The notes beneath the pieces are model-generated. The model was not told the DNA's origin and searched no databases. It saw only the letters and a program-made list of their open reading frames with translations. From Verrucomicrobiota bacterium (GTDB lineage Bacteria > Verrucomicrobiota > Verrucomicrobiia > Chthoniobacterales > UBA10450), in the NCBI GenBank assembly GCA_003218375.1, contig QHNH01000010.1, forward strand, positions 24,597 through 88,596: a DNA stretch of 64,000 nucleotides, given 5' to 3'. Both the position numbers and the translations under genes were made by a program. Of this stretch, positions 46,252 through 57,365 are shown piece by piece. Within the stretch, counting starts at the first letter, position 1; each line of letters begins with the position of its first letter.

Positions 46252-47159
46252 TCGCCGAACCGCTCTTTCCACCGGCTCACGGATAATCGGATTTCGTCGA
46301 CGGTTCGGCGCGGGCTCATTTCCCAGACAAATAAGCAGTTCGCCGGAAGGAGCGGAACAAGTTTCTCCAGGTCCACCATGCCCGTGAAGGGCGCTTGATG
46401 ATCCTGCCCGGGCCATCTGCAATCCTGGAGATGGCAGCCGAATGCGCGCGGGCCGATCTGGCGGAGCCATTCCGCGTGGTTCACAAAGCCGAGGTTCTCC
46501 TTGATCTGGAGGTGCCCCATGTCGTGCCAGTAACCGAACTGCGGTGAATTCAACTCGTCGAGGAGCGCGGGCAGCTCGCGTTCGCTCGGGATTTCTTCGT
46601 AACCGCGGCGGCCTTCCACGCCGAGCAGGATGTTCTTCTTCGCCGCATATTCCGCAATGCGTTTCAGCGAATCTTTCACCCGTTCGAGATACGGCGGCGC
46701 GGCGGCTTCGCGCGTCTGCACCGCCTTAACTTTAAGGCGGACATATTCGCGGGAAAGCATCTCGCCCTTCTTGGCCAGGGCGAGTAACTCGTCGGTGATC
46801 GGATTCATCGCGACTTCGCCGCAATGGAGCACGACATACGGCGCGCCGAGGCGCTGCGCGAAATCGATGGTCTGAAAAGTCTGGCGGATGGCGCGCTCGC
46901 GTTCCTTCGAATACGCGGCCGAGATTTGGTAGCAATCCGGCGAGGCCTGCATGATTTCGACCGGCAACGGACAGAAATTGTGCAGGCTCGTGAACTCGAC
47001 TTCGCCAGCCTCGAACATTTTCTGGATCCCCGGCATGAGCGAGATGCGGATCCCGTGACCAAGCTCGATGCGATCGAAGCCGAGATCGAGGATTTCCTGA
47101 AGCATTTCGGCGCCGTCGGTGTGACGGCCGGAGTTCCAGCAGGTCGAGAACGCAATCAC
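46248..47159 (-). CDS. Sugar phosphate isomerase/epimerase (xylose-isomerase-like TIM barrel)
   Basis: FSTCWNS..GFDRIELGH..VVLHCG..HDMGH. GTG start 2 nt after the MFS stop. Confidence 0.65.
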   Translation of the reverse strand: MIAFSTCWNSGRHTDGAEMLQEILDLGFDRIELGHGIRISLMPGIQKMFEAGEVEFTSLHNFCPLPVEIMQASPDCYQISAAYSKERERAIRQTFQTIDFAQRLGAPYVVLHCGEVAMNPITDELLALAKKGEMLSREYVRLKVKAVQTREAAAPPYLERVKDSLKRIAEYAAKKNILLGVEGRRGYEEIPSERELPALLDELNSPQFGYWHDMGHLQIKENLGFVNHAEWLRQIGPRAFGCHLQDCRWPGQDHQAPFTGMVDLEKLVPLLPANCLFVWEMSPRRTVDEIRLSVSRWKERFGE

Positions 47160-47161
47160 AA

Positions 47162-48451
47162 TTAAACAGTGGCTGCGACTGGCGGCGCCGGCGTTCCACT
47201 CGGTTTCGCCTCGCTCAACGGCGGTTCGCAACATTGCCGGCGGAATCGGCCCAGAATGAAGAGCGTGATCACGCCGAAGGTGACGGCAGCAATTACCAGC
47301 GCGGTCGGCATTCCAATTACGTCCGACAAACCCGTGACCCCGAGTGCGGCGAACGGCACCATGCCGACAAAGCTCAACATGAAGACGGCCGAGACCCGGC
47401 CACGCAAATAATCCGGCGCGCGTTCCTGCACAATCGTGCTGCAAAGGCCGAAGTTGGTCGCCAGGCCTAACGAATTAATAATCATTAGCCCAGTGGCAAC
47501 ATAAAAGCTCGGCGCGCGCGACAATCCGAAGATCGCCACCGTCACTGCCGCCGCGTTGATCATCATCAGCGGGACGCGTTTCTCGCGAGGGAGCCCAATC
47601 AAGAAAAGTGAGCCTACAACCGAACCAACCGCCGACGCGCCCATCAAGTATCCGACCTGATCCGCGCCGAGGTGCAGGATAAGGCGGCCGTAAAGCGGCA
47701 TCATGACCGTGATGATCGGGAAAATGCAGAGCGATTGCGTCGCGATTAGCACAAGCATGGCCAGGCTGGGTCTGTCGTTGGCGATGTAACGAAAACCATC
47801 CTTGATTCCGCTCGCGCGCTTTTCTTCTTCCTCGGCCGTTCCGCGCCGCCGCGGTGGCAATGACAAGATCGCAATGATCAACGCGACGAATGAAACCGCG
47901 TTAGCGAAAAATGCCGAAGCCATGCCCCAGGTTTTGATCGCAATGCCGGCAAGGGAGAATCCGACCATTCGTGATCCATGGAAGACGGAGCGATCGAGCG
48001 AAATCGCGCTTTGAAATTGTTCGCGCTCGACCAGCTCTGGAACGAGCGCGGAAAGCGTCGGCATTTCGAATGAATTTGAAACGCCCTGGATGGCCGCGAA
48101 AATAAACACCTGCCAGATCGCGATGTGCTTGGTCCAGATCAACAATCCAATCGAAACCGCGATTCCAATCTGGACGTATTGCGTGATCAGCAAAATCTTG
48201 CGTTTATCGAATTTGTCCGCAGCTGAGCCTCCAACCATTGTCAATGCCAGCATTGGCAGTCCCGAGCAAAGCTGCGCCAACCCAAGCATGAAAGCCGAAG
48301 TCGTCAGCGTGGTCATGACCCAGGCTTGCGCCATCACCTGCATCCACGTGCCGGTGTCGGAAATCGCCGAGCCGATGATGTAACGGCGAAATGGTCCGTT
48401 GCGCAAAACGCCCAACGCATTGCCGACACTCGGTCTTATTTCCGCGCTCAT
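47162..48451 (-). CDS. MFS transporter (EntS/MFS_3-like)
   Basis: Twelve TM segments. N-terminal part reads LRNGPFRRYIIGSAISDTGTWMQ. Confidence 0.8.
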   Translation of the reverse strand: MSAEIRPSVGNALGVLRNGPFRRYIIGSAISDTGTWMQVMAQAWVMTTLTTSAFMLGLAQLCSGLPMLALTMVGGSAADKFDKRKILLITQYVQIGIAVSIGLLIWTKHIAIWQVFIFAAIQGVSNSFEMPTLSALVPELVEREQFQSAISLDRSVFHGSRMVGFSLAGIAIKTWGMASAFFANAVSFVALIIAILSLPPRRRGTAEEEEKRASGIKDGFRYIANDRPSLAMLVLIATQSLCIFPIITVMMPLYGRLILHLGADQVGYLMGASAVGSVVGSLFLIGLPREKRVPLMMINAAAVTVAIFGLSRAPSFYVATGLMIINSLGLATNFGLCSTIVQERAPDYLRGRVSAVFMLSFVGMVPFAALGVTGLSDVIGMPTALVIAAVTFGVITLFILGRFRRQCCEPPLSEAKPSGTPAPPVAATV

Positions 48452-48499
48452 CGCCGAGACTCATACGCGGAGAGCGGAGCTCCCGCAACGCGTCTGCCC

Positions 48500-49414
48500 T
48501 TATTGCGATGGCGGGTGGAGCGAGTAATCCGACCACCAGCGGATCTCGTGAATCTGCCATTCGCCATTGTCATCGCCGACGATCAACATCATTTGGATCC
48601 GGCTCCGCTGCCCCATCCCGGATGATGTCATCGTCCCGTCACTCGCCAGTTTGAGCGGAAACCAGTACCGGACGCGAAGCGAACCGAATAGTGAAGGCTC
48701 GTGAATGTCGTGGACGTCGCCAGCTCCCATGGTCGCGTCCTGGAGAAAATGGGTGAGCTCGGCTCGTCCCCCCGCGTTTTTGAGCAAACGGTCGCTGGCG
48801 TGATCGAGCAGGAACTCAGTGTCGTGGTCGGTAAAGATTCGCCGGAACGCGGTGTCTGCGAACTCGCGCGCTTCGCGTTCCAAGCCGGCCCTGTGTCCGA
48901 CCAATCCGAAAATCCCTGCGACGAGCGTCCCAAACAGGACCAGAAAAACACACGCGATCGCGAGCGATTCGCCGCGGCGCACCGTCTCGCGCTGGCGTTT
49001 CGCAAAAAAATAAACCGATGGCGCGAAGGCCATATAACAACCGACGACAAATGAATAAACGCCAATGATCCCGCTGATTGCGTTGGTGTCCCTGAATCCC
49101 CAGATGATGAGCGCGAATCCATAGAGCGCGCTCAACCCACCGTTGAACCAGCGCACCCAATGAATCCCAATCCAGATGAAATAGAACTGGAGCCAGAAAA
49201 GGAGCGCGAAAATCCCCTGAACGAAGACGAACTCGATGTATCCCGCGACAATCCCGCTGATCACGACCAAGCCCTGGGACAAAAGCGACAGGATCGCTAC
49301 CGCCAACAAAAACAAGCGCCCGCGCCGCCAGGGCTCGGGGTCGCCGATAACGACTTCGCGCCAGAGCGGGGTTGCTTCGGGAGCAGTCACGCAAATAGTT
49401 CGTGGGAAAGGCAA
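48500..49414 (-). CDS. Hypothetical membrane protein
   Basis: Five or six TM segments followed by a soluble C-terminal domain. Confidence 0.55.
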   Translation of the reverse strand: MPFPRTICVTAPEATPLWREVVIGDPEPWRRGRLFLLAVAILSLLSQGLVVISGIVAGYIEFVFVQGIFALLFWLQFYFIWIGIHWVRWFNGGLSALYGFALIIWGFRDTNAISGIIGVYSFVVGCYMAFAPSVYFFAKRQRETVRRGESLAIACVFLVLFGTLVAGIFGLVGHRAGLEREAREFADTAFRRIFTDHDTEFLLDHASDRLLKNAGGRAELTHFLQDATMGAGDVHDIHEPSLFGSLRVRYWFPLKLASDGTMTSSGMGQRSRIQMMLIVGDDNGEWQIHEIRWWSDYSLHPPSQ

Positions 49415-49425
49415 CCGGAGGTTGC

Positions 49426-49940
49426 CTAACGAGCGGTGTTCGGTTCCAACGCGGGATCAGTCAGCTTCCAGAGGCGCGACAACAGCATGACGCCAATAAT
49501 TCCGGCAAAGGGAGAAGTGAACAGGCCGGGAAAGTAGCCGCCGGTGGCGAGGGAAAGGAGAGGATGCCAGAGGGCGTTGCCGACCATGCCGATGGCGAAA
49601 AACCAGAGCGGGAAAAATGCGGTGCGCATCCCGCGTTTCACTCCAACCGCGGCGAGCAGCCACAACGCAATCCAGACCAGGTTGAAGATCACGAAAAATT
49701 CGCTCGGCCAGGCCACGAGCCCGAGAAATTCCGGCGCGCGAACGTAAAAGCGGGTTACGTATTCCTCGGTGAAATGGAGGCACTGGAAGGCGATGCCGAC
49801 CAGTAAAGGCGAATGATGGCGTCGATCGCGTCGGCTGAATTCCTTGCGGGGCGACGAATGATCGTGAGCAGCATTGCGATCGCCGCCACGCCGTAGAGCA
49901 CGGAGGGCCCGAGAATCATGCTGCGCGCGCTCTCGCTCAT
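49426..49940 (-). pseudogene. HXXEE-domain membrane protein paralogue, frameshifted
   Basis: Collinear with 50780..51295. It reads CAG-TAAAGG at about 49801 where the intact copy has CAGGTAAAGG. The N-terminus MSESARSMILGPSVLYG lies in another frame. Confidence 0.75.
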
Positions 49941-50309
49941 GTTTGGGCGAAGGCCTTGGTCCAATGCCAGTGCGGGCAATGAGGACAGCGTTCGTAGCGC
50001 GTGGCGCCGAAGTTGACGGCAAACATGATAAGCACCATCCGGGCGAAGACCAACGATACGCTTAACACTGACCCTCTCTGGATCGCCGAGCCGATGGTGC
50101 AACGCCGAAAGGGCCCTTGGCGCAGCACAGCCAGCGCGCGACTCGCAAAATTTTTCTCCTGGACGCTCATCGCCCAGACTCATACGCGGAGAGCAGCGGC
50201 GCAATCCGTTGCCGCGCCCTGCTGCGACCGGATTGCCCCCAAAGGTTTCGAAGCTCGGAGCATCCATCCAGTCTTTGACAATAGGAATGGAAATGGATAC
50301 ACCAGTCTG

Positions 50310-50783
50310 GTGGTTTCCCGTTCTCGCACCATCCTCGCGCTGCCGATCATCGTGTGGCTCGCGGTCGCAGCCCAGGTCGATGCGCGCGTCGATGTGCACG
50401 AATTCAAGGCCATCGTGTTTAAGAAAGGCTCACCTGACCTTGGCGAAAAGATACCCCAGAAACAGCTAAGGGAATTCATAACCAGGACTTCAGTGCCTGA
50501 CTACCGCGAGAACGAGGTGCTACGCAAGTTGACGGGCATCGGCGTTTTTGATCTTCGAATAAACCCGGCAACCGGAGAAACGACAGGCGTTCGCATCTTA
50601 AAGAGTACTGGTCACAGCGAACTCGATGCCTCGGCCCTGAAGGCTCTAATCAATTGGCGATTTAAGCCCGGAACTCTGAGTCGGGCGATTTTCCCCTTTA
50701 TGTTCGCGCACTTCCGCGATGACTGGCCCGTAACCCCAGGAGCTTTTATAGACCGCGATTACTTGCTTAGACCTCCACGTTAA
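50310..50783 (+). CDS. Small TonB C-terminal-domain protein (third paralogue)
   Basis: A GTG start gives the signal sequence VVSRSRTILALPIIVWLAVAAQVDA. Contains PDYRENEVLRKLTGIGVFDLRINPATGETTGVRILKSTGHSELD..INWRFKPG. Confidence 0.6.
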   Translation: MVSRSRTILALPIIVWLAVAAQVDARVDVHEFKAIVFKKGSPDLGEKIPQKQLREFITRTSVPDYRENEVLRKLTGIGVFDLRINPATGETTGVRILKSTGHSELDASALKALINWRFKPGTLSRAIFPFMFAHFRDDWPVTPGAFIDRDYLLRPPR

Positions 50784-51295
50784 TCCCGCTGGATTGGCGC
50801 GGCGGCTGGCTCAGTCAGCCTCCGAAGACGTGATAGCAAAAGGACGCCGATAATTCCCGCGAAGGGTGAGGTGAACAGGCCCGGAAAGTAGCCGCCGGTG
50901 GCGAGGCAAAGGAGAGGATGCCAGATGGCGTTGCCGACCATGCCGATGGCGAAAAACCAGAGCGGGAAAAATGCGACGCGCATCCCGCGTTTCACTCCAA
51001 CCGCGGCGAACAGCCACAACGCAATCCAGACCAGGTTGAAGATCACGAAGAACTCGCTCGGCCAGGCGACGAGCCCGAGAAATTCAGGCGCGCGCACGTA
51101 AAACCGGGTCACGTATTCCTCGGTGAAATGGAGGCACTGGAAGGCGATGCCGATCAGGTAAAGGCGAATGATGGTGTCGATCGCGTCGGGCGAATTTTTC
51201 GCCGGCCGACGAACGATCGTGAGCACGAGCGCGACCGCCGCCACTCCGTAGAGCACGGAAGGTCCAAGGATCATGCTGCGCGCGCTTTCGCTCAT
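50780..51295 (-). CDS. HXXEE-domain membrane protein
   Basis: FQCLHFTEEYVTRFY and four or five TM segments. Confidence 0.6.
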   Translation of the reverse strand: MSESARSMILGPSVLYGVAAVALVLTIVRRPAKNSPDAIDTIIRLYLIGIAFQCLHFTEEYVTRFYVRAPEFLGLVAWPSEFFVIFNLVWIALWLFAAVGVKRGMRVAFFPLWFFAIGMVGNAIWHPLLCLATGGYFPGLFTSPFAGIIGVLLLSRLRRLTEPAAAPIQRD

Positions 51296-52152
51296 GTCTG
51301 GCTAAAGGCTTTCGTCCAGTGCCAGTGCCGGCAATGGGGACAGCGTTCGTAGCGCGTGAGACCGAAGTTGATGGCGAACATCGGCGCGTCGTATTCGGTG
51401 ATGCATTCCGGGCAGCGTCGGCGACCGAAGAGCGCCCGGCCCGGGCTGAACCGGCCGAACGTGAAATAGGAGAGCAATGCGAGACTGGTCACGAAGAAGA
51501 GCAGCAGCCAGATTTGATTGATCGTTGTCCAGAATATTTTGCCGAGGCCGCCCGCGTTCCACGCCAGGAGCAGGATCGGAAAGTTGAGGAGCCAATGGAG
51601 CGCCATTGCTCCCGCCAGCCCCAGGAGAAAGCGCGAGCGTAAACGCCAAAGCGAGACTGAAACAAACGCGCCATGCAGCAGACAGGTCACCAGCCGCTCT
51701 CCGATGTAGCCGCCAAATAGGTAGAACGGCAACGCCGCGAAAGCCGGCACCCGCGCGACGAAATGGGCGATCAGCCACATTTCGCCGATGGCGAACCCGA
51801 ATCCGATGGCGAGCGCGTAACGGACGAAGTTTGCAACGCCAAGATCGCGTCGGATGGCGGGAATGAGCAGCGGAAGCAACTCGGCCGGCTCTTCAGTGAG
51901 CGGCGCATAAAACGAAGTCACCCACTGGTAGGTTGTCGACCCGGAGCCGCCCAGCTGGGCCACGAGCCAATGGTCGAGCGGAACGCGAACGAAATAAAAG
52001 GCGAGCGGTTGCAGCGGCACCGCGATTGCCGCTGCGAGCCACACCAGCCACTCGTTGGCCGGCATTTTCAGCCGATGGATCACCGGGACAAAAATCGCAG
52101 CGGCGATCCCGGTCGTAATAATTTCGGCGAGGTAAATTCCCTGCATGCGCAT
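51292..52152 (-). CDS. Polytopic membrane protein with C-terminal zinc ribbon
   Basis: Seven or eight TM segments. C-terminal CPEC...CPHCRHWHW. Confidence 0.55.
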   Translation of the reverse strand: MRMQGIYLAEIITTGIAAAIFVPVIHRLKMPANEWLVWLAAAIAVPLQPLAFYFVRVPLDHWLVAQLGGSGSTTYQWVTSFYAPLTEEPAELLPLLIPAIRRDLGVANFVRYALAIGFGFAIGEMWLIAHFVARVPAFAALPFYLFGGYIGERLVTCLLHGAFVSVSLWRLRSRFLLGLAGAMALHWLLNFPILLLAWNAGGLGKIFWTTINQIWLLLFFVTSLALLSYFTFGRFSPGRALFGRRRCPECITEYDAPMFAINFGLTRYERCPHCRHWHWTKAFSQT

Positions 52153-53509
52153 GGATCAATCGCTCCAAAGGATTAAGCAGGAATCGAAAGTGGAATGCGA
52201 GACTCAAAGAGAGTTGTGGGATGGCAACTTACGCGGCACCCCACAAACTCTGCCCGGCGGCACAAGTTTTGCGACTCCGCGTCGAGTGAAGTCTTTCTGC
52301 CCTGGACCCTGCACCATCGCAATTCTGACCGCGTGTTCCCTTTTCGGATCGGGGAAAATTGACGGTGCGCAAATTGACGACGTTCTCGCGGACATGACGC
52401 GGGTTTCTCCCCAGGAGCTGGAACTCTCCTTGTCGAAGCAACAACCGCAGCAACTCCAGCTCATTGCGCAACGACTCGAGGCGGCGTCGCCCGGCTCAGG
52501 AAGTGCCGAGAAAATCGGAGTCTTTTTCAAGGCTTGGGCGCGGGTCGATGCGACCTCAGCGTTTGCTGGCGCAATTCACCTCAAAAACGCTTCGCTCCGA
52601 ACCAAAGCGCTCGCCAGCGTGACGGAAACAACAGGTGCTGCGGGGGCAAAACCGCTGGTCGCTAGCTTGAGCGCGTTGCCGACGGAAGTCCTGCCGATGT
52701 CGCAGCGCGGCTTTCTAATTTCAACGGCTCTCGTAATATGGAGCGAAGCCGACCCGGGCGCCGCAGCCGCGTATCTGGAATCGATCTCACCGCAAGGGCC
52801 CGATTACTACATGGCTTGGAGCCAGATCGCCCGGCGTTGGGCATTGAAGGATCCGCCAGCGGCCTTGCGCTGGGCAGAGGCCCGCGGCGGCAACGAACGC
52901 GGACATATCGTGCTCTTCGGCGTGATCAGCGGCTGGTGGGAAAAGGAGCCGGGTTCGGCTGAGGCGTACGTCTTCGCCCGCCTCGATAGTTTTGAAGGAC
53001 AGAGAATGCTCGCGGCCCTCGTAAAGGACATGTTCGATGCCAGCCCGGAAAAAGCGGTCCGATGGGTGACGCAGCTCACAAACGGGCAAGCTCGCCAGAA
53101 TAGCTGCATGGCGGTCGGCGTTCTTTGGGCGAACAACGACCCGAAGGCAGCGTGCGCCTGGGCCTTAAGTTTGCCCGCTGATTTGCGGTCGCGCGTCTTA
53201 AATGCAGCGATGGGAGCGTGGACGACTAACGATCCGCAAAGTGCCGGGCAGTGGTTGACCGAGCTGGAAGGTGAAGGCCGCGACGTGGCCGTCGATGCTT
53301 ATTGCGCCGCGACCGTGATGATCAATCCGGCCACCGCCATGCAATGGGCTGACACAATTGCCGACGCGCCTCTTCGGCAGCGCGTTATGAATCGCGTCGC
53401 CAGTCTCTGGATGGCACAGGACCCAGATGCCGCGGTCGCGTGGATCCAAAGCGGTGGCTTTCCCGCAAGTGAGCAAGCGGCTTTGATGAGCGTCCGTTCT
53501 CCCCGCTAA
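52145..53509 (+). CDS. Repeat protein (W-x3-DP-x2-A-x2-W helical repeats)
   Basis: At least six units, for example WSEADPGAAAAYL, WALKDPPAALRWA, WANNDPKAACAWA, WTTNDPQSAGQWL and WMAQDPDAAVAWI. Start uncertain. Confidence 0.55.
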   Translation: MRMDQSLQRIKQESKVECETQRELWDGNLRGTPQTLPGGTSFATPRRVKSFCPGPCTIAILTACSLFGSGKIDGAQIDDVLADMTRVSPQELELSLSKQQPQQLQLIAQRLEAASPGSGSAEKIGVFFKAWARVDATSAFAGAIHLKNASLRTKALASVTETTGAAGAKPLVASLSALPTEVLPMSQRGFLISTALVIWSEADPGAAAAYLESISPQGPDYYMAWSQIARRWALKDPPAALRWAEARGGNERGHIVLFGVISGWWEKEPGSAEAYVFARLDSFEGQRMLAALVKDMFDASPEKAVRWVTQLTNGQARQNSCMAVGVLWANNDPKAACAWALSLPADLRSRVLNAAMGAWTTNDPQSAGQWLTELEGEGRDVAVDAYCAATVMINPATAMQWADTIADAPLRQRVMNRVASLWMAQDPDAAVAWIQSGGFPASEQAALMSVRSPR

Positions 53510-53594
53510 CAGGACTTCCTGCATCGACAGCAATGTCGGAGCCGGGACAAACACGCCCGGTTGCGCAAACAAGCGCGAAGCTTAGCTGTTAGCT

Positions 53595-56165
53595 ATGCGG
53601 CCGGATAAATTTACGCAGAAGATGCAGGAGGCGCTCCAGGCGGCGCAGGAGGTGGCGTCGCAGTTCAGCCAGCAGGAAATTTCCAATGAACATTTTCTGC
53701 TCGCATTGCTCGACCAGACCGATGGCGTGACGCGGCCGTTGCTCGAGAAGATGGGCGTCGCGATCCCGGATTTGCAGACGGCGCTCAAACAGGAGTTGGA
53801 GCGGCGGCCGAAGGTCCAGGGCGGCAATGTTGATCAGCGGATCGGGAATGAACTGCGCGCGACGATCGACGCGGCGGAAAAAGAGATGGCGAAGCTGAAG
53901 GATGAGTTCCTTAGCGCCGAACATTATCTGCTGGCGCTCGCGGATTCGAAAGGTGCCGCAGCGAAATTGCTGCGGATCGGCGGCGCAACGCGTGACAAAC
54001 TGATGCAGGCGTTGCAACAGGTCCGCGGTTCGCAGCGGGTGACGGACCAAAATCCGGAAGGGAAATATCAGACGCTGGAAAAGTATGGGCGCGACCTGAC
54101 GGAGATGGCGCGGCGCGGGAAGATCGATCCTGTTATCGGACGCGATAACGAGATCCGACGGGTGATGCAGGTGATCTCGCGGCGGACGAAGAACAATCCG
54201 GTGTTGATCGGCGAACCGGGCGTGGGAAAGACGGCGATCGTGGAAGGACTCGCGCGACGCATCATCAGCGGGGACGTGCCGGAGTCGCTGAAACAAAAGC
54301 GAATCATCGCGATGGATATCGGTTCCATGGTGGCCGGTGCGAAGTTCCGGGGCGAATTCGAAGACCGGTTGAAGGCCTTCCTCAAGGAAGTCACCGATTC
54401 GCAGGGCGAAATAATTTTGTTCATCGACGAGTTGCACACCATCGTCGGCGCGGGCGCAGCGGAAGGTTCGGTGGACGCGTCGAACTTGTTGAAGCCGCAA
54501 CTGGCGCGCGGCGAGCTGCGCACGATCGGTGCGACGACGCTCGACGAGTATCGCAAGTATATCGAGAAAGACGCGGCGCTGGAACGGCGCTTCCAGCCGG
54601 TGATGGTGGATGAGCCGACGGTGGAAGACACGATCGCGATCCTGCGCGGATTGAAGGAACGCTACGAAGTGCACCACGGCGTTCGGATCCAGGACGCGGC
54701 GCTCGTGGCGGCGGCGGTCTTGTCGCACCGTTACATCAGCGATCGATTCCTGCCGGACAAGGCGGTTGATCTGGTCGATGAAGCGGCGTCGCGCCTGAAG
54801 ATCGAGCTCGATTCGATGCCGACCGAGATCGACGTGATCGAACGCGAAGTCATGCAGCGCGAGATGGAGCGGCAGGCGTTGAAGAAGGAGAAAGACGCGG
54901 CCAGCAAGGAGCGGTTGAAGAAGCTGGAGAAGGAACTGGCGGAATTGAAGGAGAAATCCTCGGCGCTGAAGGCGGAATGGCAAAAAGAGAAGGCGGTGAT
55001 CGACGAGCAGCGAAAGCTGAAGGAAGAACTCGACCAGGCGCGGACGCAATTGGAGCGGGCGCAACGCCGCGGCGAGCTGGCGCCGGCGAGCGAACTGCAA
55101 TACGGCCGGATCCCGGAGCTGGAAAAAAAGCTGCGCGACGTCGAAGAGAAGATCAAAGAGGGCGGCAATCGTCTGCTGCGCGAAGAAGTCACCGAGGAAG
55201 ACATCGCGCAGGTCGTCTCGAGCTGGACGCACATTCCGGTCTCCCGATTGCAGGAAGGTGAGCGCGAGAAATTGTTGCGGCTCGAGGAACATCTGCACCA
55301 GCGCGTCATCGGCCAGGACACCGCGATCAAAGCGGTGGCGAATGCGATTCGTCGATCGCGCGCGGGGTTGCAGGACGAGAACCGCCCGATCGGTTCCTTC
55401 ATTTTTCTCGGGCCGACGGGCGTCGGCAAAACGGAACTGTCGCGGGCGCTGGCGGAGTTTTTGTTCGACGACGAGCAAGCCATGATCCGAATCGACATGA
55501 GCGAATACATGGAGAAACACACGGTCTCGCGCCTGATCGGTGCGCCTCCGGGTTATGTGGGTTATGAGGAAGGCGGCCAGCTCAGCGAAGCCGTTCGGCG
55601 CAAGCCCTATTCGGTGGTGCTCTTCGACGAGATTGAGAAAGCGCACCAGGATGTTTTCAACGTGTTGCTGCAAGTGCTCGATGACGGCCGGATCACGGAC
55701 GGGCAGGGGAGAACGGTCGATTTCAAGAACACCGTCATCATCATGACGTCGAACATCGGCTCTCAATACATCATGGAGGAATCGTCGCATGAAGCGCGTG
55801 AGCGCTTGGTCATGGAAGCGTTGCGGCAACATTTCCGGCCCGAATTTTTGAACCGAATCGACGACATCATCATCTTCGACCGGCTCACCGAGGAGGAGCT
55901 GAAGAAGATCGTCGAGATCCAACTCAAGCGCCTGGTGCGCCGGCTGGAGAACCAGAAGATCACGCTGGAACTTTCGGATGCGGCGAAGGCGTTCGTTGCC
56001 AGCCATGGTTACGATCCGGTCTATGGCGCCCGGCCGTTGAAGCGGGCCATCCAGAAATTTATCCTCGATCCGTTGAGCCTGGAGATTCTCGAAGGGAAAA
56101 TCCGCGAAGGCCAAAAAATCAGGGTTGACGTCGCCGGCGAAATGCTGAAATTCAGCGCCGCTTAA
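53595..56165 (+). CDS. clpB: ATP-dependent chaperone ClpB
   Basis: Two AAA+ modules (GEPGVGKTA and GPTGVGKTE) and a long coiled-coil middle domain. 856 aa. Confidence 0.95.
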   Translation: MRPDKFTQKMQEALQAAQEVASQFSQQEISNEHFLLALLDQTDGVTRPLLEKMGVAIPDLQTALKQELERRPKVQGGNVDQRIGNELRATIDAAEKEMAKLKDEFLSAEHYLLALADSKGAAAKLLRIGGATRDKLMQALQQVRGSQRVTDQNPEGKYQTLEKYGRDLTEMARRGKIDPVIGRDNEIRRVMQVISRRTKNNPVLIGEPGVGKTAIVEGLARRIISGDVPESLKQKRIIAMDIGSMVAGAKFRGEFEDRLKAFLKEVTDSQGEIILFIDELHTIVGAGAAEGSVDASNLLKPQLARGELRTIGATTLDEYRKYIEKDAALERRFQPVMVDEPTVEDTIAILRGLKERYEVHHGVRIQDAALVAAAVLSHRYISDRFLPDKAVDLVDEAASRLKIELDSMPTEIDVIEREVMQREMERQALKKEKDAASKERLKKLEKELAELKEKSSALKAEWQKEKAVIDEQRKLKEELDQARTQLERAQRRGELAPASELQYGRIPELEKKLRDVEEKIKEGGNRLLREEVTEEDIAQVVSSWTHIPVSRLQEGEREKLLRLEEHLHQRVIGQDTAIKAVANAIRRSRAGLQDENRPIGSFIFLGPTGVGKTELSRALAEFLFDDEQAMIRIDMSEYMEKHTVSRLIGAPPGYVGYEEGGQLSEAVRRKPYSVVLFDEIEKAHQDVFNVLLQVLDDGRITDGQGRTVDFKNTVIIMTSNIGSQYIMEESSHEARERLVMEALRQHFRPEFLNRIDDIIIFDRLTEEELKKIVEIQLKRLVRRLENQKITLELSDAAKAFVASHGYDPVYGARPLKRAIQKFILDPLSLEILEGKIREGQKIRVDVAGEMLKFSAA

Positions 56166-56198
56166 ACTGCAAGACAACTTAACCTGATTTCCCAGAAC

Positions 56199-56876
56199 AT
56201 GAAAAACAGAATCCCTTTCGGCGCCGTTAGCGCCTTCGCCTTGACCCTCGCCACGTCCGCTCCAGCAGCGCAGAGCAAAGGCGAGTGGGTCCGCATTCCC
56301 ACCAATTGGTTGCTCCATCGGTTTGTTCGGCCCTCGTCGGCGCCCGCTCATACTTATCGCGTCGCCCTGAGTGTCGCGGCTGGCTCGCAGCAACCGCGAG
56401 TCGCCCAATCCTCCGGTTTAAGCGACGTGGATCAATTAGCCGCCGAATACGCCTTGGTATCGATCGATAACAATGCGCCTCTCAAGGCGCTGGCCAAATC
56501 CAAGGAGCTCTATTTTCAATTCGTGGTCACGCCGCCGATGCTGGATATTAAGATGCGCACTCCCGAAGGTCAGCGCCCGATACCCGCGGGCAAAGAACTG
56601 TATACGCCAAGCGCCGAGACTTTTTATACTTCGGCCAACCAGAACGAGACTACTTCGCGCCAGGGCAAGCTGGTCGTGATTTTTCCGCCGCAGGGCGGCT
56701 ATGCGTCGGAAGCGCTGGTAACCTTATCGACTGGGAATCCTGCGGTGGACCGGTATTACCTGCATACCGCCGCCTTAAACTGGCAGACCTCCCGCAAATC
56801 TTCCGCCTTTCAGGTTTTGCGAACGACATTTGGCGCCCGGGCGCCAACGCGCTGGGAATCCGTCCTCGATCGATAA
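56199..56876 (+). CDS. Secreted hypothetical protein
   Basis: Signal peptide MKNRIPFGAVSAFALTLATSAPA. Confidence 0.55.
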   Translation: MKNRIPFGAVSAFALTLATSAPAAQSKGEWVRIPTNWLLHRFVRPSSAPAHTYRVALSVAAGSQQPRVAQSSGLSDVDQLAAEYALVSIDNNAPLKALAKSKELYFQFVVTPPMLDIKMRTPEGQRPIPAGKELYTPSAETFYTSANQNETTSRQGKLVVIFPPQGGYASEALVTLSTGNPAVDRYYLHTAALNWQTSRKSSAFQVLRTTFGARAPTRWESVLDR

Positions 56877-56948
56877 GGCTCTCCGTGAGGAACGCGGCGG
56901 CCGGAGAATTTGAACGACAAAAAGGACGTGATGTCTTAGCTTTGCACT

Positions 56949-57275
56949 ATGACGAAACTTACTGGATTGGCTTTGATGGCGGCGGCGGCCTTGGCCGTGA
57001 CCTCGGCGTATGCCGGCGACAAGGAGAAGGACGGCGGCTGCTGCGCGAAGAACGCGAAGATGGATTGCTCACAGACCTACGCGAAGCTGAACCTCTCGAC
57101 CGACCAAAAGACGAAGATGGATGCGCTCGTCGTGAAGTGTAACAAGGAGGGCTGCACGAAGGAGAGCATGGAGGCATTCATGAAGTCGGCGGCAGGCGTC
57201 CTCTCGAAGGAGCAAATGGCGACTCTGAAGACCGAGTGCAGCAGGATGCAGGAGAAGAAGGACGCGAAGGCGTAA
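56949..57275 (+). CDS. Small secreted Lys/Cys-rich hypothetical protein
   Basis: Signal peptide MTKLTGLALMAAAALAVTSAYA. Confidence 0.55.
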   Translation: MTKLTGLALMAAAALAVTSAYAGDKEKDGGCCAKNAKMDCSQTYAKLNLSTDQKTKMDALVVKCNKEGCTKESMEAFMKSAAGVLSKEQMATLKTECSRMQEKKDAKA

Positions 57276-57296
57276 CCGCCAGGTAACGCAATTTTG

Positions 57297-57334
57297 AAAC
57301 GGCGATTCGGCGAAAGTCGGATCGCCGTTTTCGC
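57297..57334. terminator. Candidate bidirectional intrinsic terminator
   Basis: AAACGGCGAT-(14 nt)-ATCGCCGTTT followed by TTTTCG. Lies between convergent genes. Confidence 0.5.
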
Positions 57335-57365
57335 ATAGGTCACATTCGACCTATGCGTCGTATGC

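Noticed and set aside
53589-56408. 939-aa ORF on the minus strand
   Set aside because: It is antisense to clpB, which has unambiguous AAA+ motifs. It is Arg/Leu/Asp-rich with no motifs. This is the typical stop-poor shadow frame of GC-rich DNA.
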